Part shown: positions 26,858-38,800 of the stretch, one piece after another
How positions within the stretch are numbered: the stretch's first letter is position 1
Layout: each line of letters begins with the position of its first letter
DNA from: an uncultured Methanosarcinales archaeon
GTDB taxonomy: Archaea; Nanobdellota; Nanobdellia; Woesearchaeales; BS150m-G63
Length of the DNA stretch: 43,298 nt
Direction of reading: 5' to 3'
Assembly: GCA_964630685.1 (NCBI GenBank)
Contig: CAZVVW010000008.1
Span: forward strand, 1 to 43,298
Program-made: the position numbers and the translations under genes
The notes under the pieces: generated by a model
The model's database searches: none
Told to the model about the DNA's origin: nothing
Seen by the model: the letters and a program-made list of their open reading frames with translations, nothing else

Positions 26858-29800
26858 TTATCTTCTTTTAATTACCTCTTTAATTTTCTCATTTATTATT
26901 TTTTCGCTAAATCCAGATTTTAAGAGCTCTTGTTTGATTTTTTTTGTGGATGTTTCCTGTTTTAATGCGTGTTTTATGTAATTAGTTAATTTATCTTCTT
27001 TTTGTTCAAGTATTTTTTTTATGTGCGCCATTGGATGTTTTGATTCTTTTAATGACTCTTCTATTTGTTCTTTGGTAAATCCCTCTTCAATTGCGTTATC
27101 TATTAATTTGTGAAGTTCTTTTTCTTTTTCTAAATGTTCTTTTCTTTGTTGTTTTGCTTCTTTTATTCCTTTTTCTATATATTCTTCTGTTATTTTTGTT
27201 TTCTTTTTTTCTTTAGGGGTTTTGTTTAGTTTTTTCCAATAAACATTTAATTTAGGTTTTAGTGAATCAAGGTAGATATCTGTTATTTTGAAATTTCCTT
27301 GTTGAAGTTTATCTGATGCTAGTTTTAGTTCTAATTCTAAGTCAAAAATATCTTGTTTTAGTTCTTTTAATTGTTTTATTTGATATTTAATGTTGTCTAA
27401 TTTTTGATTGTATTTGTTGTATTTATCTAATTCTGAATCATGTAATCTTGATGGATTATGAAGTAAAGGTCTGAATTCTATAAAATAAGGTTTTCCTTTG
27501 TTATATTGTGAATTTTGAACCATTCCAACTCCTGTTGGAGATTCATGGGCTATTTTTAAGATTTGTTTGCTGTACTTTTTCTTGATTCTTTCAAGGTCTG
27601 CTAAGTGTTTTGTTCTCATTTGAATTTCTGTGGCAATATTTGCGTGAATCTCTTCCATGAAATCTCCAAGCATTTGTGATATTAAGACTAATCCAACACC
27701 CCATTTTCTGAATTCCCTACATGCACGTTCTAATTGTAATACTCCTTTTCCACTTCCACCAAATTTACTTAATAACCTATGTACCTCGTCATAAACTAAA
27801 AGTAATTTTAGTGTTTTTGATTCTTCTAAGTTGGCATCAAAAATTTGTTGGATTGTTGAAGTGACCACTGTATCAATGTCTTTTGAGTGAAGTTTGTTAA
27901 GGCAGAATATAGTTATCTGACCAGGTAAGATAAATTCTTTTACATTGATTTTTTCTTTTGGATCTGTTATTGTGTAAATATTTCCTTTGAATGCTGTTGC
28001 CTGTGAAGTATTTAATTTGAATTTAAAGTAATTATTAAGCATTGTTTTGTCTTCACATTTTCTTAGGAATCCAGACCATTGTGCTGTAGGGTCAAATACA
28101 ATCACAGAAGAATTTTTGTTGAGCACTTCTTCTGCTATATCCTGGGCAGCCACTGTTTTTCCAGAACCTGTTGAGCCAGCAATCAATGTATGGGTTTTTA
28201 ATTCATCTATATCTAAATAAGATTCTTTATTTGTTTCTGCTATTTTTCCTATTTTTATTGATTGAGGGGTTTTCCTTGGTAGGAATTTCATATTTAATAA
28301 AGACCTATATTTCATCTTTTTGATGAGCCTCTTTCTATAAGTGACTGTAATGAGGATTATAAGTGGTAATAGAAGAATTAATAATAGCGTTTGCCACAAT
28401 GTTATGCCAAAAACTTTGTTTGATAGTATTGATGGTTTTTTGATTTTTATGTTTGCAAAGGCTGTTAAGGATACTTCTTCTTGTCCAATTAAATAGGTGG
28501 CTGTTTCTTTGATGATATAATCTCCAGGTTCAATTTCTATTGGAATCTGGAAATGTTTGAGTGAATTGATTATATTTGTGAGTGTTAATTTTTCTTGTTG
28601 TCTAGATAAAGCTACATTGTTGTTTGGATTTATGATTTCTAATGTACTGGTTATGTTTAGGGCAGTTCCCATGTTTAGGTTGTAGATTGTCAATTGAAGA
28701 TCTATTATTTCTCCTGGTTTAAATTTTGTTCTGAGAGGAGTTATCTTTACATCAATAAGTTGGATTGGTTGTTCTTCTATTGGTTTTTTCTTTATTTCTA
28801 GAGTGACAGGTATCTCTGTTTCTCCTTCTCCAGTTATGGTTATCAATCCTGAATAAGTTCTAAGGGTGGTGGTTTCTGGAGCGAAAATATTGATTAGTAG
28901 TTTTTCTCTTGTGTTGGGTTTTATATTTATTTTATTTTTTAAATTAATAAATTGTTTTAGATTGGATGAAAGAGATATGTTTAGTTCTTTTTCTTCATCT
29001 AATTTGTTCTGTAGGTAGAGGGTTACTAACTTATTTTCTCCCAAATATAATGATTCTCTTATTTCATTTACATCAAGTGTTATGCCTTCTAATTTACCTA
29101 GGGTTTTATTTATATCTTCTAGTATTCCTGGAGGTAAAGGAGTTCCACCTCCGCCTCCTCCGCCACCACTAGAGCTTCCATGATCTGTTGTTGTATCTTC
29201 TTGTGGGGGGGCGTATTCTCCTGCAGCATAAGCAGAGAAGCTGGAGCTACTTGCAGAAACAATGTCTTGGGTTTTGTAAGGTGTTGAATCTGCTAACATG
29301 GCCCATGATGAGGGGCAGGTTTTTCCTGTGAAATTCCAGTCAGCACATTTGAATATTTTTATTTTATCTTCATCTATATTTTCTAAAGTGTTATTATAAT
29401 CAAGATGGATATCTACTGGATTTGTTAATTGAGAAGATACTGCTATACCTATTAATTCTTTAGTGTCTCCAGGTAATGTGATTTCTTCGTTTTGTATTTC
29501 ATATAAATCTATGATGTCGTTGATTGTTCCATCTAGTTCTACTTCTTTTAAGAAAATAGTGTGATTTATTGACCTTATTTCGATATCATAAGTTCTGTTA
29601 TGGATACTTCCATTTGTGATATTATAGGTTCCATCTTCTTCTGTTGTGAATGAAGCTAATTTGATGTATTTATTTGGTCTGTATAAATTGAAATTAGTGT
29701 TTATTGGTTCGTTGTTGTTATTTAGAACATTCCCATTGAAAGTTGTTGGAGTGAATACTTCAAACCAGTCTGTTGTTTCTAATAAATTTCCATTTTCATC

Positions 29801-32800
29801 TGGAATGAAGTAAGTTAAATCATAATCTCCTTTTGTTAGGTTGGTTATTGTAAATGTGTAAATTCCTTGTTCTATTTGATCATCTTCAGTTTCTTGTGGA
29901 CCTGGTTGAATTAATGAATATTCTTCTACTATGATTACTGGGAGTACAGATGAATTTGTGCCATTGGGATAAGTTATTATTACCCCAATTCCTTCTCCAG
30001 ATATGTTTGTGTTATCTGTAATATTTAAAGTGATAGTCATAGAGCCATCACCTGTTGTTAAGTCTATTGATTCTGAATCTATGTTTGTTAGTGTTGGGGG
30101 GGAGATATCTTTGTAGTGTATGCTATCTGATTGGATAGCTGTGTATTCCATATCTTCATAGATTCCTTTTAGTTTTAAATCATGAGTCCAGGCATCAATT
30201 ATATTTGGAATGTTACATGTTATTATCCAAGTATCTGAAATGTTAGAGTAGTTTTGGTTTATATTTAGACAAATACTGTCTGATATTGTGGGGATCCAAG
30301 TGATGTTTTCTGTGATATTTATTCCAGACATCGATGCTGTAGCATTGATTGTTATTGAGTCGTTATAGGTTAAATTGTAAAGTTTGTTTTCTGTTGTTGG
30401 AGATAATATATTTACATGATAATCTATTGTGGTTAGATTTATTTGAATATCTGTTGTGGGAGGATTATTTTGATTGGGGTTTTGCAATGTTAAAGTTATG
30501 TTTACTAACCTTTCTGTTCCAGAGGGTATTGTTGTTGCATTGTATGATAATAAGATATTTTCATTATTTCCTGGTTGTATTTCTATGTTTTCTGTATCAC
30601 TATAAATTATTTGTTGGTTTGTGCTTGTTATAGAGAATTCTAAATCTGTGTTTCCTGTGTTTTCTATATTTACTGTTTGTAATGTATCTAAAGAGCCAGC
30701 GCCTATTGTTTTGTTTATGCTTGTTGGTGAAACTTGCCAGGTGTTGGTTGGGGGAATTATGATTGTTGCAATTAATGAATCATTGGATTCTGAAGTTGCG
30801 TTTATTATATTTTCATAAGTTCCATTAGGGAAATGTTTTGGTACAGAAAAGGTTAGGTTTATTGTTTTTTGCCCTCCTGCAGGAAGATCTATGCTGTTGT
30901 TACTGAATGTTGGGCTGAAGGAATCACACATACCTTCTTGTGTGCAGATGAGCTGTATGTTTGTGAGATTATCGTTTCCTGTCGAGTTCAAAGTGAAATT
31001 TAGTGTTCCTTGTGAATTGTGTTCTATTATTTTAGAGATTCCTGATTCTGAAATATCTAAAATTTTATTAGAGGATATTATTATTCCTATTTCTTTTGTT
31101 TCTTGTTGTTCTGTATTGTCTGGGTTTTTCCATGTTGTGGTTTCTGTTAAAGTGTAAGTTCCTGGCCATGTTGTTTCTGGAACTGGTAGTGAGAATGCTT
31201 GGGTTTTTAGGTTGTTTGAATTTATTGAATCGTATTCTTTGAATAGAGGGGTTATATTCAATTCTTCAGGAATTTCCCAAGCTATGTGTACTGAATAAGC
31301 AGTGGCTTGTCCTGTGTTGTTTACTATTATATTTATTGGGATTGTTTTGCTTGTTGTTTGAGTTATTGTTTCTATTGTAGCTGAAAGGGGTGAAGCAGTT
31401 GTGGTTATATTTGTGGTACCTATTGCTGTGAAATTTAGGTTTAGTGAGGAGGTATTAGATGTTAATGATTCAATTGGATAAGAATCATTTGAGTATATTG
31501 TAAATAAGTATTCTCCTGCCTCTATTGGATCATATCCAATGGAGTAAAGACTATCATCTATTTTTGACATATCTATGGATTCAGTTTCTCCAGAAGTGTT
31601 TGTTAGATTTATCCATGATTTATTTATTCCGTGTGGGTCTGTGATTGTTGCGTTTATTGTGAATGGAGAGTATACTTCCTGAATTTGAGAATAAGATATA
31701 TTTGTTATTTCTGGAGGTTCATTCATTACAATAAAGTTTCCACCTATATTTTGGAATGTACTATCATTTAGGTTTGAAACTTGTATTTTAAATTCCTCAC
31801 TTGGAGTGTGTGTTTCAATTATTACAGATAGGTTAACTAACCAATTTTCTCCAATATCTATTTGTTCTTTTATTGGGGGGTTGCCATTGTATAAATAAGT
31901 TGCAGTTCCCAAAATTTTTGTTAATCTAATTGTTTGATTTATGTTTCCTTTGTTTGTAATGTTGATTGTTCCAAGATATTTTGTTAATTGACCTTGTGCA
32001 GGAGGTTCTATTATCTCTGTATTTTGGCTGATGTTTTCAGAAAGATTCCATCTATTATCTGTTAATATTATGATACTTATATTTACTGATTGATTATATT
32101 CATAATGTGATCCATCTGAATCCCAGTAATATACATCAATTGTAGCATTGTATGATTTTGGAAGAGTGTAAATTGGAATATTTGCTGTTAAGAAGATTGT
32201 TTCTGTTTCTCCAGATTTTAGAGTAATTATTTGATTTTCTGTATTTGAGAAAGTTAAATTAATATCTCCTAGAGTTTCTTCACTTATATTGAAAATAAGA
32301 TATGCGTCTTGATTTCCATAAGAGCTTATTGTGAAGTTTCCTATGGTTTCTTGTTCTCCTGGTAACATATCTTTAGTTATTAACCAATCAGAGATTTGTA
32401 TATCTAATAAAGCTTCAATTTTTACATCCATTTCTGTTTCAACATAATCTATTTCATTATTTGGGTTGGACCATGTTGAATTAAAGAAAATTTTATATGT
32501 ATTTCCTGTTGTGTATGGTGGAAGTGTTATATTGAAAGATTTTGTACATATTTGGTTTGATGTGATGTTTCCACATTCTGCAGTGTTATCGGTATAATTG
32601 GTTTCCCAATCTTGATTGGTTGAATCAAATATTAATTCTAAATTAGTGTTGTAGGCTGTTACATTTCCTGTGTTGTTGAATGTTGCATTAAGTATGAAAG
32701 AATATCCTCCCTCCACTACAAAGTTCACTTCATGGGATGATTCTGAAAGTGTGAGTGTTGCTGTTGTTGTAGATTCTGCTCTGAATGTTGATTCTACTGT

Positions 32801-35800
32801 TTGATTTATGTTTCCTAGAATATCTTTTGCATAACTATTTACATAATAGTTTCCATGAATTAATGGGGTGTAGATTAATGAGAAGTTTTCGTTGCGGTAG
32901 GTTATATTATTTGTTTGATCTGGTTGAGTTATGTTTATCCATATTGTATCTAAGTGGGTGTCTGAAGCGTTTGCTGTTATTATGATATTTTGAGTATGAG
33001 TTTCTAAAAATGCTTTGTTTAATTCTTGTGTTACTTCTGGATTTGTGTCATCTATTGTTAAATCTAATGTTGTTGTGCTGTTTGTGTTTCCTGCTAGGTC
33101 TATTGCAGTGAAGGTTAATGTGCAAATATCATTTGTTTGTGTGCAACCTAAATTGCTTGGAGTTGTTGAGATTTCCCAAATATCTGTTCCTTCAATTTGA
33201 GACATACTCAAAGTGGTTTGATTAGAGAGGTTAACAGTGTTAATATGGATGTCATTTACTGTGATATTTATTGTTATTGCGTCTGTTTTCTTTAAGATTT
33301 TGTCTGAGTCATTTACTTGAGGTGTTGTTACTTCTGGGTTTGTGTTGTCTATGGTTATTGTGTAATCTGTTGAATTAGTGTTTCCTGCAATATCTGTTGC
33401 AGTTGCTGTTAATGTGCATTGTGTTTCTTCTATACATCCAAGTTCTGAAGTGGTGTTTAATGTGAACCAAGTAGCTTCATCATCAGATAAACTCATTGGA
33501 GTATTATTTAATGAGACGGATAGAGTGTTTGTGTCTGTTGCTGTAACTGTGAAATTCAATGTTGTATCATTTCTTGTTATGTTGTCAGAGTCATTTGATG
33601 CTAAATTGTGGATTTCTGGGTTTGTGTCATCTATTGTTAAATCTAATGTTGTTGTGCTGTTTGTGTTTCCTGCTAGGTCTATTGCAGTGAAGGTTAATGT
33701 GCAAATATCATTTGTTTGTGTGCAACCTAAATTGCTTGGAGTTGTTGAGATTTCCCAAATATCTGTTCCTTCAATTTGAGACATACTCAAAGTGGTTTGA
33801 TTAGAGAGGTTAACAGTGTTAATATGGATGTCATTTACTGTGATATTTATTGTTATTGCGTCTGTTTTCTTTAAGATTTTGTCTGAGTCATTTACTTGAG
33901 GTGTTGTTACTTCTGGATATGTGGTATCTAATGTTATATTTCTTGTTTCTGTTGAGGCATGATGGTCTACAAAATCATAAATAGTTACATTGTAATAATA
34001 TATTCCATCTTCTAGTGATGTGAAATTATGAGTTCTTTGTTTTTGATATTTTGTTTGATTTTCTTTTAATTCTGTCTCGTTGTATAAGTAAAATGTTATG
34101 TTTACCTCATTGGGTTCTATTACTGTTGTGTTTATAAAAATCCATTCTCTGCTGAAATAGGTGTTAGATTCTTCTGTTGGATTTATGAATTCAATTGTTG
34201 GATTGCTTGAATCTATTGTGAAGTTGGATGTTTGGCTTGCTGTTTGGTTTTGATATCCATCTCCAGCTATGATGTACCAGAAGTATGTTTCTACATCTAT
34301 TCCTGTGAATGTTTTGTTTAGTTCTTGTGTTGAACTATTGTATTCTGGTTCAGTGGTATTTTTTATGTAAATATGATATGTTATTGGGTCTTGGTCTTCA
34401 TCAGTTGATGTTTCCCATTCAAGAGTTGTTTCTGTTGAAGTTATAACCATTTCTGGAGCTGTAAGTGTTGGGGTTGTCGGTAATTGGTTTGGATAAGTGT
34501 TTGTTCCTGTTGTTGATATTGTTTCTCCTGCTGAATCTGTGAAAGTGATGTTTATTGTATCTGGGGTTAATGCAGTTCCTGTACAATTGTAGGTTACATT
34601 GTAAATATTTGAATAAGTTGTCAATTGATTAGCGATGCAAGTTCCTAGGGAATCTATACTTGAACTAAATCCTTCTAGGCCATCAATGTCATGTGCAGCT
34701 GCTGTTACATTAAAGCTGTGACCTGCTGTGAAGTTTGTGAATGTTATTGGCTGGATTATTGTTGGCAGATCATTTATTGGAGTTATATTTACATTAAATG
34801 AATCAGTACCTTGAGCGTTATCTGGATCTACTGCTGTACAGGTTACTTGAACTATTCCTGTGAAATTGTTGTAGGCTGTTAGATTTAGCAGTTTTGTTAG
34901 ATTGTTTGCTGTAGCAGTTAGATTGGTGCTATCACTCGTACAGCTGTAGTTGATATCTGTTTTCTCATCATCAACATCTATGATGTGGTTATTTAAATTG
35001 ATTGTGTCATTATATGTTTCTTCTGGCAGTTCTGTGTTGTTTAATGAATTCAAATTAAGTGTTGGAGCATCATTTATTGGAGTTATATTTACATTAAATG
35101 AATCAGTACTTTGATTGTTATCTGGATCTATTGCTGTACAGATTACTTGAACTATTCCTGTGAAATTGTTGTAGGCTGTTAGATTTAGCAGTTTTGTTAG
35201 ATTGTTTGCTGTAGCAGTTAGATTGATGTTATTACTCGTACAGCTGTAGTTAATAGGGTCATTATCTACATCGGTAGTGTAATCACTTAAATTGATTGTG
35301 TCATTATATGTGTCTTCTGGCAGTTCTGTGTTGTTTAATGGACTTAAATTAAGTGTTGGGGCATCGTTTACTCCTACTACTGTTAAGTTCATCGTTGGAC
35401 CTGTTATTTGGCTGATTCCATCTGTTGCTGTGAATGTTGCTGTGTTAGTTCCTGTGAAATTTTCCTGAGGTGTTAATGTTGCATTGTTTGTTTGGTTGTT
35501 GATATTTATTGTTATGTTTGTGGGCGTGGTTGATGTAAAGTTTAAGTCATCATTATCAATATCTGAGAAGTAGTCCATGAGGCTTATTTCTAGTATGATA
35601 TCTTCTTGTAAATCAATTGTTTTTTGTGCTGTTGTATTTATTGGCGGTGTGTTTTGAATTGTGGTTCCAGGTGAGAGATATGTTAGACTCCAATCTTCTC
35701 CATCTGAGACACTGATGCTGAAATTCCATAAGTCTCCTTTATTTGTGTAAGTGTAAGGCAATTCTGTTGAGTTGATGATGAATGTTTTCCAAGTTATTTT

Positions 35801-38800
35801 GCTTTCATAGAAATATATTTCTCCAATATCTACTTGACTACCCGATGCACTAATATTTATTTTTGTTTGTAGTTTGTCTTCTTGTAAGCAAGTAGTTAGA
35901 ATGCTGTGTTCTTCTGTATATGTTTGGATGTTTTGTTCTGTGTTTTCTGTGTTGTTTGTGAATATTTGTTCCCACCCATTTCCATTATAACAATATCCAA
36001 CTATTTTTGCATTAGTATCATCATGGCCATCTACATTAAATCCATATTTAAGTGTCCAGGTAGATATGTTTATGTTGGATGGGGAGGTGTAGTTTTCAAA
36101 AATTATTGAGTATTTGTCTTCTATATCTGATGCTGATGAAGTTAAGTTGATAGATGTATCCCAATTTTCATCATAGGCGTTTTCTGTGTTGAATATATCT
36201 CCTGTTGAGTGGTTTTCTAGTTCTTCATCTTGTTCTGTTATTTTGAATATTGGGTGATATTGATTGTTTTTGTACCAATTCGTTATGTAATCTTGTTCTG
36301 TGAGGTCTTCAATATTATCATCTATGAAAGTATAGTTGAGGATGAGATTTCCTAATGTTCCGTTGTATTCATTGTTGTTTGTTATTTCTAAATCTGTTAC
36401 TTCTGGGGGTGTGTTTCTTATTGTGATTAATGGGCTTATTTTTGAGTTGTCTGTGTTACATGTTGGATCACATGCAGTGATTTTACAAGTCCAGTTTTGG
36501 TGTTTGGTTGTGTTTCCTGCACCAAGTGTGATGTTTTCTAAAGTGTTGTTTGTTACTTGTTTTGTTCCTGTTTTGTTTTCAATATTGTTGTTATACCAAA
36601 TATATTCTATATGAAGATTTTCAGAGTCTGGATCTGTTATGTTGAAATAACAATTTAGATTATTTGTTGTGTAGTTGTTTATTAAATCTGCTGTAATGTA
36701 AGGTGTAGAGGTATTTGCTAAGATGTTATCTATGGATCTTTCTAGTTCTTTTGAAGTTCCATATTCTTCATTATCATAAGGAGTTATATTACATTTCCAT
36801 AAATCTCCAGAGGAAGTGTAAATTGCATCTAATGTATGGTTTGATTCTGTTCCATTGGTTACTGAGATTAATTGGTTGAATTTTGCTATTGTGTTGTTGT
36901 ACCATGTTAGGTTTACTAAAAGAGAGTCTTGGTCTTTATCTTCAACAGTGAAATAGCAGGTGATGTTTTCATCTACGTGATTGCTTTCGCTTAGATGTAT
37001 GTCTGTTACCCAAGGAATTGTGTTTTGAATTGTTATTTCTGAACTGTTGAACCAATCGCTGTTTTCAAACCCATCATAGACACTTATTGAGAAGGTCCAG
37101 TTTTCATGTTTTGTGATGTTTTGTGGTTGGATAATTAATTCATTGTTGAATCCTGGAATTTGTGTGTTGTTTTTATACCACTTAGTGTGGTTTGTGAGTC
37201 CAGGAATTTCTGGGTCGTGTGATATGTCCCATGTTCCTGTTAGAGTTCCGTTTGTTCTGTTTAGTTCATCTGAGGAGGTTAGTTGTACATTAGTTACATT
37301 CTGAAGAATGTAAAGGATTATCTCTAGTAGTGTGTTGTCTGTTATGTTTAGTGCTCTTGAATCTGTGTGGAATAATTCTTTTGAACTATTTATTGTGTAG
37401 TTTGTTAAGTAGTTGAGACTGTTTGTGCTGATGTATTCTGTTAGATTTTGGGTTGTTGTAAATCCTGTTTCATCTGTATAAATTGAGAATGCCTGGTTGC
37501 TGTTTTTATTAAATGCTATTATGTTTGTGTTGTTTATTGGAGTTGAACTCGTGTTTGTTATGTTGAAATCTAAATACCATTGAACTAAAATATATGAACT
37601 AGGTGAGTCGATGTTTGAGCTGTTTATTGTTGAGTTTAATATTGTGTGAGTTCCTTGATTTGAATAGATATCATTTGTATTACTATTTTCAATTACTGAA
37701 TCTTTTAATAGGGTGTTGTTAGAATCGAATAAAAATAATGCTCTTTCAGTGTTGTTTATTTTGCTGTTTTTTATTGTTATGTTTTCTGAATCTTCTATAT
37801 GGATGCCTCTTTTGAAAGAATCTATTGAGCAATTAGTTATTAGTGTGTTGTTTGCATTGTTGTTGTAGATTCCATAACCATATTCAGATGTGTTATTTAT
37901 TTGGTAATTATTACAATCTAAAACTAAGTTGTTTGCACTTATGTTTATTCCATTTGAAGTATCACAATCAGTTATATCTGAATCTAAGGTTAGTGGATTT
38001 GTTAAGCTTATTCCGCAACTATCTATTGTTATTGAAGTGTTTTTTTGCTCACTTTGGTTGAATTGGTCAGAAGCGATTGCTTTACAAGTCCAGAGTTCAT
38101 CATCTTTTGTTTTTGTGTTTAGGAGTGTTGTATGGTTTGTTACTCCAGTTTCTAGTGTTATGGTTGTTGTTTCGTTTACTTGGTTGTTTTTCAACCAAGT
38201 TATGTCTGCTGATAAACTGTCTTCTGGGTCAACATCTGTTATATTTATGCTACAGATTAAATCTGTGTAGGAATCTATTGCTGAAGTTATTGCAATTGAT
38301 TCTATTGCAGGCAATTTGTTTGGATATCGGTGGATTCCTGTTATGTTTGTGGTTTTTTGGTTTCCATCTGTGAAGGTTATATTTGCTTGAGTTTCTTCTA
38401 GTGCTGTTCCATTGCAAGTAAAGATTGCTGTTTTTTGTTTTTCTGTTTCAGTGTAAGTTGGCTCTTGACATTCTCCTTTACTTATTGTTATTTCTGCTAT
38501 TATGTCGTCAGCGCCATCTTCATCGTGTGCTGTTGCAGAAACATTGAATCTGTGTCCTGAATCAAAGTCTGTAAAGGTGAGTGATGTTGTGTTGAATGGT
38601 GCTGAATTTGAGATTATTATTGAGGTGTTTTCTGGAGTTCCATTATCATAGCTGTCGTTTGGAGTGTATTCACAGGTTACATTTTGGGATTTGTTGAAAT
38701 AGTCTGAAGAGAGTGTGTTTGTATTAATGTCTTGAAGTGTTTGTTCTACCCACCATTTGTATGATGAATCTGTTTCTTGGTGGTTTTCAGTGTCTGAGTA

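Noticed and set aside
34771..35365. Possible diversity-generating retroelement TR/VR pair, since many differences fall at coding-strand adenines
   Set aside because: Some differences are T/C (ATC vs ACC) and there is an indel; both copies are in-frame domains; no reverse transcriptase or C-type lectin target is in the window.
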